From Corallochytrium limacisporum Hawaii (Eukaryota; Protista; Pluriformea), in contig PDIP01000001.1 of assembly GCA_002811645.1 (NCBI GenBank), forward strand, positions 202,686 through 266,685: DNA of 64,000 nt, given 5' to 3'. Under the pieces are notes generated by a model. That model was not told the origin of the DNA and did not search any database. It saw only the letters and a list, made by a program, of their open reading frames with translations. Below, piece by piece: positions 33,078 to 44,101 of the stretch. How positions within the stretch are numbered: the first letter of the stretch is position 1; the number at the start of each line of letters is the position of its first letter. A program made the position numbers and the translations under genes.

Positions 33078-36000
33078 TGTTTGGACAGGTATGTGTTGCC
33101 TATTTCTGATATTTACAACATGCGTCGATCTACTTCACCTTTTTCATTATTACTTCCAAGCGTTACTTCTCCCTACTCGAATGTCTGTTCCGTTGTACGT
33201 TGCGCAGATTAAAATTAGGATTTGTAGCTCTTTGCCTTCCCTTCCTATCTTTATCTCAATGGTAGACTCTTGAAAGCTCTCGAGATCTCTCAACCTATAC
33301 TACTCTGTGCTGCTTTGATACCCGTGGTGTTTCTAACGTTTCAGCCGAACAATATCGCTATACAAGATTGCCATCAACCTCTTCATACCTGACAAAACTA
33401 TTCAGAATGACCCATACTTCACCTAAGCATCTGGCCACCTCATCATTATCACAATGTATAACTTTGTAGAAATTTCGATGCAACGGACCCTGGAATCACC
33501 GCAGATTGCTATCTCAGGTCACCCGGAAAAATCTCGTCCGCAAGAAAGCTCACGGGTTACATCAATCCCAAGAGAGTTACCTCCATCAAAAGACTGCGTG
33601 TCTGTTTTCAACGGGCGGTTGTACCGGTGCCTCCTGCACGGGGAGGAGGAGGGGGGCGGTCCACCGGACACAGTTTAAGAATAGAAATCTCACACTCCCA
33701 TTCATCATCTATAGGTAGCGGCCTGTCTTAGTGCTTTGCAACCCCTCCTCCCCCTCCCCGCTTTTTAGCGTTCTTGCTTCCCCCCCCCTTCTCCTCCGCT
33801 CGCTCTCGCTCTCTCTCCTCCCTGCACCCCTTTCCCCCCCCCCTCCCCGGGTCTTCTCCCTTCCCCCATGCCTACGAATTCGCAAGATTATTGGGACCGG
33901 ACAGATACGTCCTCTTGTCCACTCTAGCATTTTCCTTATCGCAATTTTGGTATTGAGCACATTGCTGAAATGCAGGAACGCATCTGCGGTGCGGGTTAAT
34001 TTCCGTAACTTCCTTTTCCGAAAGGTCACTCACCATTTGCGCTCCGTCCCTCCCCCGGGCCGGTGCCTACTTCACCCCCCCTTCCCACTTTCTCCCGGTA
34101 AATGAGAGACTTTTTCCGACGAACCAGGGGCCAATCAAGAAACCATAGCAAAAGCATATTATACGGAAACACAGCCCAAGAAGAAACCAAGGGGAAAACC
34201 AAAGAAAAGGAAGGGAGGAACGGGCCATAATTTATTATTCACAAAAAGAAAAAAGATGGGGACTGTTGTGTTTTTCCGGGAAAGCAAACCAGAAGGAAAA
34301 ATTAGGGGAAGTAGACAAAGGTGGAAAATCTAGGAGAAGGGGAAAATAAAAAGGAACCATCGTACTTATAGAGAGTGTACGCTTAGGACTTGTGCCGCCC
34401 GCCCATACGCTCCTCACTCTTGTGTCACGCCCGTCGATTAACTATTATTCTGGACGTTCTGTGCTTTGCCCCCCCCCCCTTTTCTTCTCGCCTTCCCCCC
34501 ACACCTCTCTCTCCCTCTCGCGGTGGATCCTCCCCGTTCCTTCACGCGAACCGCGGAGCATAGAGATCTACTCAATATTGCGAGTATGTAGCAGATTTGC
34601 GTAAATATAAAAGTTATATAAGGATGTGGACAACTGACACATCGCTACCTATCATCCATCTGCCAACAAAGTGGCTGGATCTCATCTAATTTTCTTGTCC
34701 GCTATTTGTTTCTAGATTCTCGGCCGGTGCACCGTCTTGTCGCTCTCTCTCTGTCTCTTCTCTCCCCCCCCCGGGGGGAGGGTGTATCACGGCGTTTTCG
34801 AGCGCGTGGGACGGGCTAATGCACACACACACACACACACCCCAATCCCCCGGTGTGGTAGTTCACTCGTACGCCTGTTACGAATATACGCAATTGATTT
34901 AGTATTAAACGTATTGACCTACTGGACCTAGGGACAGGGTCTGCTTTTGCACATAAATTCCGGGCCGGGCGGCTGCCACATCTTTGGCCTGCGAGAGGAG
35001 CAAAGATCTGTCCGTTGTTCGGCCTCGTTTCAGCTTACCCTGCCAATCACAAACCGATCCTGATTTCGGTACTGAAACAATAGCATGGTTGAAATTTTGA
35101 TGAATCAAATAGGAAAACTAAAGACCTGGGGTATCGGGGGGTACACCATTGGAATCTCTGCGTGCTTGGTGGGGGTGGAAGGGAATGGGGGTTTAGCGGG
35201 GGGGAGGTGTGGGTGTGGGATGTGCACTATTTACGCCGAAGGAAACCGGGTCGACCCAGCCGCACGCAGTGTGAGTGTGTGTGTGTGTGTGTGTGCCTCT
35301 CTCTCTCTCTCGCTCGTTCTCTCTGCCTCTGTGTCTCCCGGTGCTCTGTCGCTGTCCTTCTCTGTCTCAGTGTGCCCGCTCTCTTCTCCCCGTTCCCCCC
35401 CCCCTGGCCTCCCCCTTCTCCCGTAAAATGCTTCTCTGTCTCCCGTAACACCACCACCAACCCCAAAATGACAAAAATTAGGATGTTTTGGGCAGGGGCT
35501 AGAAACGGCAGCACAGTAACCACCGAAGCCTTTTGCCCCGAGGCACAGGGCCCGGGAGCACTGAGATACACGCACTCTCGGTCCCTCCTCTTTGCTTGGG
35601 TCAGGAGGAAGGGAAGGAAGCCCTGCCCCCGCCGGGAAGGAAGGGGTAGCGGGGAGAGCGGCAGAGAGACAGAGCCAGCGATCGAAGTGTGTACAATGAG
35701 GAGGTGCGCTCAGTTTCCGGTTCCTTAGAGACACCGTGGTCCTTTTTTTTTCTTTTCTTTGGTGCCACCCCCGTTTTTTATTTTCTTGCCCGGCGATTTC
35801 TTTTTTTTTTCATAGTTTTGTATCTCTTTGTTTTGTTTTCTCCATAATACTTTGTTTTACCCTTTTTCTCCTCTCTATATTCTACACTCGGCGGTGAACC
35901 CGTTACACGCCGGCATTCTGTTTGTGGTTCCCCCCCCCCTCCCGCGAGAGATTCCTTCCCCTTTTTTTTTCCTATTCTATCCGTCTGCATCCCTTTCGCT

Positions 36001-37253
36001 ATATCATAGAGATTGATCTAATATCCTAGGACAGAAGGGAAAAAGAAACAAGGGGATTGATCAATTGTTGGCAAGCGACTGGAACAAACCAACACCGCCC
36101 ACCCACCACCGTTCCCCTTTTTGGTTTTATTCTGTTTTCTTGTGCGTGTGTTGGGGGGTTGTTGGGGGTGGCATGTGTTCTCCTCATGGTCTTTGAAAGC
36201 AATGGCGGCCTTATAGTGAGCCAACCGCGTTCTTGATGCGCCCGTTCGTATCCTTGTGCCTCTCCACGGGGAGTTTCTTTCCACTGTACTCGTTGTGTTG
36301 GGTGCGCTCCGTCAAGAGGACTGTATGACTGGATGTTGGTTCGATTCTCTGTTCTTCCCAATCACTCATTTATGGTCCAATTTCTGCTCTGCGAGAGACA
36401 TAAACGGGTCATTCCGGCTGGTACCCACCCCAGAGAAGAAAACTCCATAATGACCCGGCCTGCAGAACACAAGTTCGTCAAGGGATTTTGGAGATTGGCA
36501 GTGGGGCCCTTCTTCTGGTCCAACAGCCAACCTCGCTAACCACCCCCCCTTCCTTTAAGATTGTTCCTCTCGTGCTTAATGTCCAAGCTCTTTAAGCGCG
36601 TTCATCCATACAAACGGGCGTCTCCTACAAACACTTCGCCATGCTGCGCCTCGTCTTCTCAACACTCGTCGGTGTGCAAGTCATGTCTCTGTGTCTTCTC
36701 CTCCCGTCTCTTCCCCCCCTCCCCCGGGCGATGGTTCAAATTTTTCTTCCGATCTTTCTTCTCTGTTGCTTGGAGAGGAGAATCTACCCTACGGATCGCT
36801 GGGTACTTTCAGTATAGAAATCGCGGTCGGTGGGTTGCTGTCACCTGCTGCTCTGTCCCCTCGCTCGTTTCATCGCTCATTGCCTTTTCGGACGGCGCTT
36901 CTCTCCCTCCCTCTGTAACCACTCAGCAGCACTGTGCCACACACTAGACTTCAGACACCCCTGGTGTGAGAAAAACGCAACCTCACCGCACACACATTCA
37001 GTACCGAGGAGCCAAGCAGCATAGCACCTAACAGGGTGGACCTGTTTAGAAAACATTTACTTCCATCCTCGAGACACACCACCGGACAGAGAGTGACTTG
37101 GGCGAGCGAAATTTTTCCTTTGGGTGTCCCGTCCGCGCTCGTTGTCGGTCCCCTGGTAATTCTTTTTGGTTTTTTTTCAGTTTCCCCATTCCTTCTCTTC
37201 TTCAAGGGGCCCTTCGCCCTTGATGCCGCGAGACCGTTATTCGGACACCTCCC

Positions 37254-37488
37254 NNNNNNNNNNNNNNNNNNNNNNNNNNNNNNNNNNNNNNNNNNNNNNN
37301 NNNNNNNNNNNNNNNNNNNNNNNNNNNNNNNNNNNNNNNNNNNNNNNNNNNNNNNNNNNNNNNNNNNNNNNNNNNNNNNNNNNNNNNNNNNNNNNNNNNN
37401 NNNNNNNNNNNNNNNNNNNNNNNNNNNNNNNNNNNNNNNNNNNNNNNNNNNNNNNNNNNNNNNNNNNNNNNNNNNNNNNNNNNNNNNN
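37254..37488. other. Assembly gap (N run)
   Basis: Run of N. Confidence 1.
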
Positions 37489-40400
37489 ACCATACTCGCT
37501 TGACCACCCACCCCATCCCCGCGGGGCATTTCCTCCTCGTTCCTTTATTTTCTTTTTTTTTCATAGCCTACGTCAAAGACACTCAGACCAATTGCCCAGC
37601 ATTGGCCACGAGAACGCAAGAGAAAACGTGCATGGTGGTGCCTCCATAGCCGTTCGTACGCGCATGGTCCCCTAGTACCTCTCTGTGTGGCCATGGGCCC
37701 CCCCCCCCAAACCGCACATTTCACCCAGCGCTTCCAGTACAGTGACAATTGCCGCGTCCAGTGGTATCCAACCAACCAAACGCGCCCATCGACTCTCCTT
37801 GGCCTCTTGATTCAATGCCAGGGAAAATAGCTGGGAGAAACCGCCATCTGCTGCGCCATGGCGTGCAAGCCCAGGGAATAAAGTATGCGGTACGTTGTTG
37901 CCAGCACGGCCTGCGTATAATACCGCTAGATTTTATACGCTGTCCCTAAACCATTGCGCCAGGCCGTGCTCAATCAGGGACAAAAAAAGCAATCTCCATG
38001 TTTTTGCGGCGCATGCTTCGAAGGTCTAGGGTTGCCGGAGGAATGGATCCGTTATGGTGCATTCTCCCATTGGATGCTTGGATGCTTGAAGACACGGAGA
38101 AATCCCTTTCCTTCGTTTGTTCTTTTGGTTTCCTTCCGGTTTCCGGACGGTTTCGGTTGCGTAGTTTTTGTATGATGAAAGCCACTCCTAAGAGGCTATA
38201 GAGAGGCACCTAAATGGTCATCGACGAAGGCGCACGGGCTGCCGGAACCGGTGATACGCATAGGTAGAGTATGGTAGGAGCACATGTCGGCAACGGACCA
38301 GAAATTATGAGGGTGCGTGCACTCGATATGGATGAGTTGGACATCAAAAACAATAATTGAGGGAACCACTGACTGCTATACCTCTGCTGATGAGCGTAAT
38401 AGATAGTCCACGTACCCGGCTAGGTCCTAGGAAATAGTAGTATTACCACATATGATTCAGGTATTCGTGCATGACACATGATGTTTGGCAATGGAATGGT
38501 ATGTGCCCAAGAACTGGTGTACGGGCCCCCAACGGTATCATGGATATGCTAGATCGATTCCAACGGATTGTACGGTATGTGGAAAGGCAATGGAAAACGG
38601 CCGCCCAATCATAGTCGACAGTGGTGGTGGATCTACAAGAAAAGTGGACAGCAAACATCCACCCCATGGATGAGGAGACGAGGTGATGGACAAGGTAAGG
38701 AATGCCGCCAACGAAAGGCCACAGAACAAGTGAATAAGTTATACCAGTAGCTATGAACTGCACGCAGTGCACGGAGCGTCTGTTCGGGGACTCATCGCCG
38801 CAGCGAAGTCTAACCTATTTACGTCTCCCCAACAACGACGCGCCCCTTTTGGTGACCAGCGATAAAGAAGATGAGCAATTTTGGTACTCAATGTACTGTC
38901 TGTTTTAGTCATCTGCTCTCATCATCATTCTCTTGCTTCTCTCGTATTCTCCTTCTGCTGATTGTGTGAATGTTGACCATGAACTCGCCAGCAGAGCTCG
39001 GGCAGCACATGCGGGTCGATCAGCGTATTAAAAGATGTCAGTATATATTATTATTCAATATTTGTATCCAACATTGAATATTTACAACTAGTACGTATGA
39101 TTAAAAATCTCCCTGCCACCTCCCCCCCCCCTTCCTCCTCCTCCTCCTTCTCTCTTGTGTCGGCTTGGAGTATCTCCAGGAAACCAACAATATCACCTGT
39201 GTTCTTCTCCATTCATTCTTCTCCCTCTCTGTCCCCTCCTGTTCAACCGCGTTCCCTGCCCAGCGAATGAAGCGAAGCGCCGAGACGGAGCAGGAGCGGA
39301 GAGTTTTTTCGCGTTGGTTGCCGTGAGGATTTCCTTCGTTCCTCCAAAAGTGAAAACCGCTGAAAATTAATACGCAAGATTGGGAGAGCCTCCCCGGTAC
39401 CGAGTTTCCTTCCCCCTGGCAAACTCTCTTATTTTTTTTTCGGTCTGTGTTGCTTTGAGTGTGTGTTTTGGGCGTGTGCTTTTGGCCTTGGGGACCCGTT
39501 CTCTCAGCTTGTGGTACGGCCAGTTCTTTCCTCTGAGGCCCCTGAAAAATTGCCCCATAAGGTCATAAAGAGTCTATATATTCTTGATAGTGAAGATGAT
39601 TTTACCATGTCGGAGGAGGTATGCATGTAATCACCTGCTAATAGATGGAGAATATGCGTAAATGAAGCCGAGCAGGTCAAGATCGAAGGGAGATTATATA
39701 GGAGATTAAATAACCATCCCATTTCTACGAGGTACCGTAAGTACTAAACGCTGGCCCGTGTTCTCCTCGTAACATTGACTCGGTTTCAACATTTGGCGAG
39801 GATGAGGCAAGCGGAAAATCGTCTGCGGAAGGTCCAAAAAATACCGGCGGATCAGATCAATTCGGTGGCCTGCAAACCTATGCATTAGATACCCAAGTAA
39901 CACCCCAACAACACAACACGGAACAACGACCGGACTTTGGGAGAGCAAAGTTGGGGGGAGGGGGATATCTCAAACCAAATGGCATGACGGCGACCAAAAA
40001 AAAAAGTACGGCTTCAATTTCTCCCGAGGACAAAAATCTTAAGCCGCAAAACTTGACCCCTTACTATCTACCCAGCAATAAAAACAAACGGGAACTCCCA
40101 AAACTTATGAACCAAACCCAAAAAAGAAAAGAAAAGAAAAAAACAAAAACGTAACAGTTCCCAATCAAAATGGCAAGAAAGGGCAGGCACGTACCTACGG
40201 GACCTTCCGGCGGGGAGACAATCAAACACACAAATATTAAATGATACACACGCCGAGCAGCAAAAAAAAAAGAAAAAAAAAAAGAAAAAAAGAGGGGGGG
40301 CCCTATTGACCGCGGTTACACTGTACTGATTGTTTCCATACAATTCATTGCTCAGCAACCAGCCCGACACGACAAGCTTTAGTGGCAATTTGTGGGCAAC

Positions 40401-42083
40401 CAAGGGCAAAAAGAGAGGGAAGGGGGGGGGGCCAAAGGAGATTATCATGAGAAGACGAGGAGAGCCAGCCAACAAAGGGCAAGAAAATCTTAAATGGGGA
40501 AGGAGTGAGCAAGTGGCCAAGGGAGAGAGTGAGGGGGGGGGGGGCCAGGAGACCACCGCCCTACCCAACTCCCGGAGTTCCTCCCGCAGGCCGACCGCGA
40601 ATCCCCCCCCTCCCCTCCCGGTCCCTCCACACCGGGGAAACGGGGGAGACGCCGCGGTGTGGTGAAAGCGGAGCGCGACCGTCCGTTTGCCCCTTCTTCA
40701 TTCAAGTACAGTCATGCAAGTTGAGGTGCAATATTATCAGCTTGTACAATAGTAAGCAGTATATTCAGTATATTTATAGGTCTATTCGACTATGTGACAC
40801 CTATAGAATTCACTGGAACATGGCCGTCCCCCTTTAAAGTGCTTCGTACCCGGGGGGGGGGCCTGGTGGGCACGATCTGCGTGCGCCGTTGGGATATAAA
40901 TCCCCTCGGGCGAAAATGGACTCCTGATTGATCAAATACTTGCAAAACGCCAGCCAGTCCAACGGGCGTTGACCCGCCATGATGATGAGTAGAACGGTTT
41001 GCTCCTGGCCGTGCACGGCCATCCCAAGCGGTTGAATGACAAACGGTGTAGGCTCACTCCGAAGGAATCGATGAAGATGACAGGACTCGGACGACACAAT
41101 CCAGTGTGGCCTCCACGAGCATCAAATCCCCTCGTGATCAGGCCGGGCTTAACCCTACTCTAGTGGATGGCCAAGCCATGGCTTCCCAAAGTAACTACAG
41201 AACGGCGGATTGGGAAAAGTGGAGTATGCGACTCGGAGAGCGCACGCGAGTGATGGCTTGTCGTCCATCCCATATTCGATGTAGAGTTCTTCGCCAAGGA
41301 ACCGAGAACCATTCTGCCCAAAATCCCCACCGAGATAGGAGAAAATAAGGTACAATCCGCAACGAGCAAAGGCGGGACGCATTGTGCCGATGGGGATATT
41401 ACACACATTTCGGCGGACGCGAAAGTCCGCAAAGGTCGCTATCAGTGATCCATCGTGTTCACCCATCCCTTTACTTCGTTTTGGTGCTTTCTTACCTGCT
41501 TCTTGTCCATCGGACCATTGGGGCGTTGCGCTTCCCAAGCTCCGACGAAGCTCGATCGCGGCATCCGAGTATGGGCCAGGCTCTGACGAAACTTTGATGA
41601 AGAATTCGTACTTCAGAGTAAGAAGTCTCGGGCGAGTTCGTGCTTCAGACTTGCCTGCTAGGTCCCCAATCCAGGGGTCACAAGTGCCCAAGGCACTCTT
41701 GTGCGCGTGACTCGAGATTTGCTTTGAACCGCAGGGACAGGATGCGCTCACTGGGACCAAATTGTGAGGTCTAAGCGAGTGGAGCATGTCAGTAGTACAT
41801 GCCGAGAATGGACTGGACCACGGCTCCCAACGGGGATCCCAATGACGCTGGCTGAGATAAATAGGCCCCCGGAAATCATGTTGATCATTCCAGATATCTC
41901 CACTTCCGCGGCCAGGCCTGCAAAAGGTTTGGGGAGACGCTGTCGGATATTAACGGGAGTCAAGCCAAAGGCAGCTTCGGTCCGGACAGGGCCCATACTG
42001 GCTGTTGATTTATTGTGTTTACTGAGTGTTACAGGATGGATGCCACGCGGACAAGGGCAACGAACAAATGGATTGCAACCCCC

Positions 42084-42641
42084 TCACGATGATGCCGATG
42101 ACGTGTCAGCCTTTGCCTCCTGTCCAAGAGCATGGCGACGGTGTCTTTCAATCTCTGCTGCAGCTTGGTCGAGCTCTCGGATGGCTTGCTTCTCCTCCTC
42201 GACGGTTGGCTTTGGATCGAGCCCGAAGAGCCGTTGGAATCCGTGCACCTTTGCCTCGATCCCTCCTTTCACTGCAGAGGCTGTTTCGTCCATGTTATCT
42301 CCACCATACGTGCGGTAAACAATGTAAGCCAGTGGTCCCGTGACCGCGAGACAAAGGACGGTTCCATACCCAAGCGCCCGCATCGCCAAGATGTTTAGAT
42401 TCTCTTCTTTTTTGAAGGATCGGGGACCCTTCACTGGCTGTGATTCCTGCCGATGCTGCTGTCGTGACACGACTTGTGCGGCATGGCGCACGACTGTGGG
42501 AGCTTTCCTCTGTTGGCGCCGTACCTCGAAGAACAGTCCGCCTGCGAAGAGTGCGCCCGCGCACAGCAGGAAGAGCGGCTTGCTTACAAACACTTTCTCA
42601 TCTGTAGAAGAGACTTGTGTGTTCCCGGAGTCAGTCGACAT
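42084..42641 (-). CDS. TMEM242: TMEM242/DUF1358 mitochondrial membrane protein
   Basis: Two TM segments; LAMRALGYGTVLC..AYIVYRTYG matches recalled LALRALGWGSLYA..FAVWKALG. Confidence 0.78.
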   Translation of the reverse strand: MSTDSGNTQVSSTDEKVFVSKPLFLLCAGALFAGGLFFEVRRQQRKAPTVVRHAAQVVSRQQHRQESQPVKGPRSFKKEENLNILAMRALGYGTVLCLAVTGPLAYIVYRTYGGDNMDETASAVKGGIEAKVHGFQRLFGLDPKPTVEEEKQAIRELDQAAAEIERHRRHALGQEAKADTSSASS

Positions 42642-43181
42642 TTAGGGATTTCTTTAGATTTTCAAAGACGTACCGTTTCGTTTCCACTACATTGTTTGCT
42701 CAATTGCCATGGTGTAGTGTCCTTCAAATGGATTCAGAAATATGCATGAAACTTCACAATGTACTGTAACGTTGTAGGTCGAGCAGTTTTAAAGTACTCA
42801 TGACACGGGGTGACACTCAAAGTAACCGACATTTGGAGCATCCAGAAGTGGATCCTCGAGGTCAAATACCAATTCCAAACAAGACCACCCTCCACATGGT
42901 TCCTTGGCTGTTGCGGCTCGGAGGAGGGCCTTCCCATCCCACCAGAGGGGGTCCCTAAGGTCCCGTCTTGTGTGGGGCTGCGAAATGGGAGAAGCAGGCG
43001 CAGAGTGGGCATCAAAACATCTTCTAAACGAAGAAAAACATATAATCAGACACTAATGATGACCGTATCCACTGCTTTCCGAACAAGATTTGGATTTTAC
43101 ATATATAATTCTTATATTGATGTTGTATACTAATCCGAGTCGTTATATGTTTTGACATTAAATGACCAGCAACGGCCTTCT

Positions 43182-43373
43182 TCAGTGTCCCTTCTTGTCA
43201 TCCAGAGCACCATCCCAAGGGTGTCGGATACCTAGCACCTCAGCTCCATCCTTTTTTGCGCGCCAGAAGAGCCAAAACCACATACTTGCTCCAATCGCGA
43301 CACCCAGAGTTTTGTGGAAGTTGCTTGCCTGGGGCAGGGGTGTCCTGCGGGTGTACGGTCCTCCGCCGGCCAT
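43182..43373 (-). CDS. NDUFB2: Complex I accessory subunit NDUFB2 (AGGG)
   Basis: MAGGG start and GASMWFWLFWRAKKDGAEVLGIRHPWD. Confidence 0.88.
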   Translation of the reverse strand: MAGGGPYTRRTPLPQASNFHKTLGVAIGASMWFWLFWRAKKDGAEVLGIRHPWDGALDDKKGH

Positions 43374-44101
43374 TGTTTACTTAAGTCTATGTGAACGATG
43401 TAGATGCTAAAAGCCCGCCAAGTGCAGAATGTGGATAGCTCTCTAAATTACCCACACAACACTTCAAATCTGTGGAAACCCGTGACTAACAATACTATTC
43501 AGGAAGGCGGTTGCCAATTTCAGCGACACTGCCCAAACAAAAATGGTTTGAATATCACAACAAGAAAAGTATTAAATACCACTCACAGGTGATTCAGGTT
43601 GCCAGTTGTATAACTCCATTTCTGTTATTCCAGATTCGTACGGACGTATAGAGTTCTACGCACCAAAGTCATCAGAGAAAGCGGTGGCCAGAATGTTATG
43701 AGCGCACGAAAAGCCAGTCCAGCTTGGCTGGCACTGCGGCCACTGCGGCCACCGTTGCGCCGATTCCGGTCCCTCGGTTCTTAGAGTAGTAAGGGTGTTC
43801 GACCGTGTGTGTTTTGGCTCTGGCTGACTGGTCGGCACCCCCCGGGGCCCCCAGGGGAGGGGGGCCTTCACCTGAGCTGATCCAGTGTTTGTTTACGGGC
43901 CGGGCGGGCCGGTTCAGTACTGAATGTACCAGGAGGTGCTCTTCCTGGGTGTGATCAATACATGATCGACTGAAGTTTATTGATTTCTTGTGCAGTCCAG
44001 TCGGTCACAAGAATGCAATAATGGTTGCAATAGATAGATGTATATTTGAGGTTCTCTTGTCTGGTTGTTTGTGTTTTTCGCTATTAGTGTAACTCTACGG
44101 T

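Noticed and set aside
36338-36347. GGTTCGATTC tRNA T-loop-like motif
   Set aside because: No T-stem or cloverleaf; no tRNA gene was found in the window.
33700-37700. Many 60-190 aa ORFs in low-complexity DNA
   Set aside because: Products of homopolymer and microsatellite sequence or N runs; no protein-like features.
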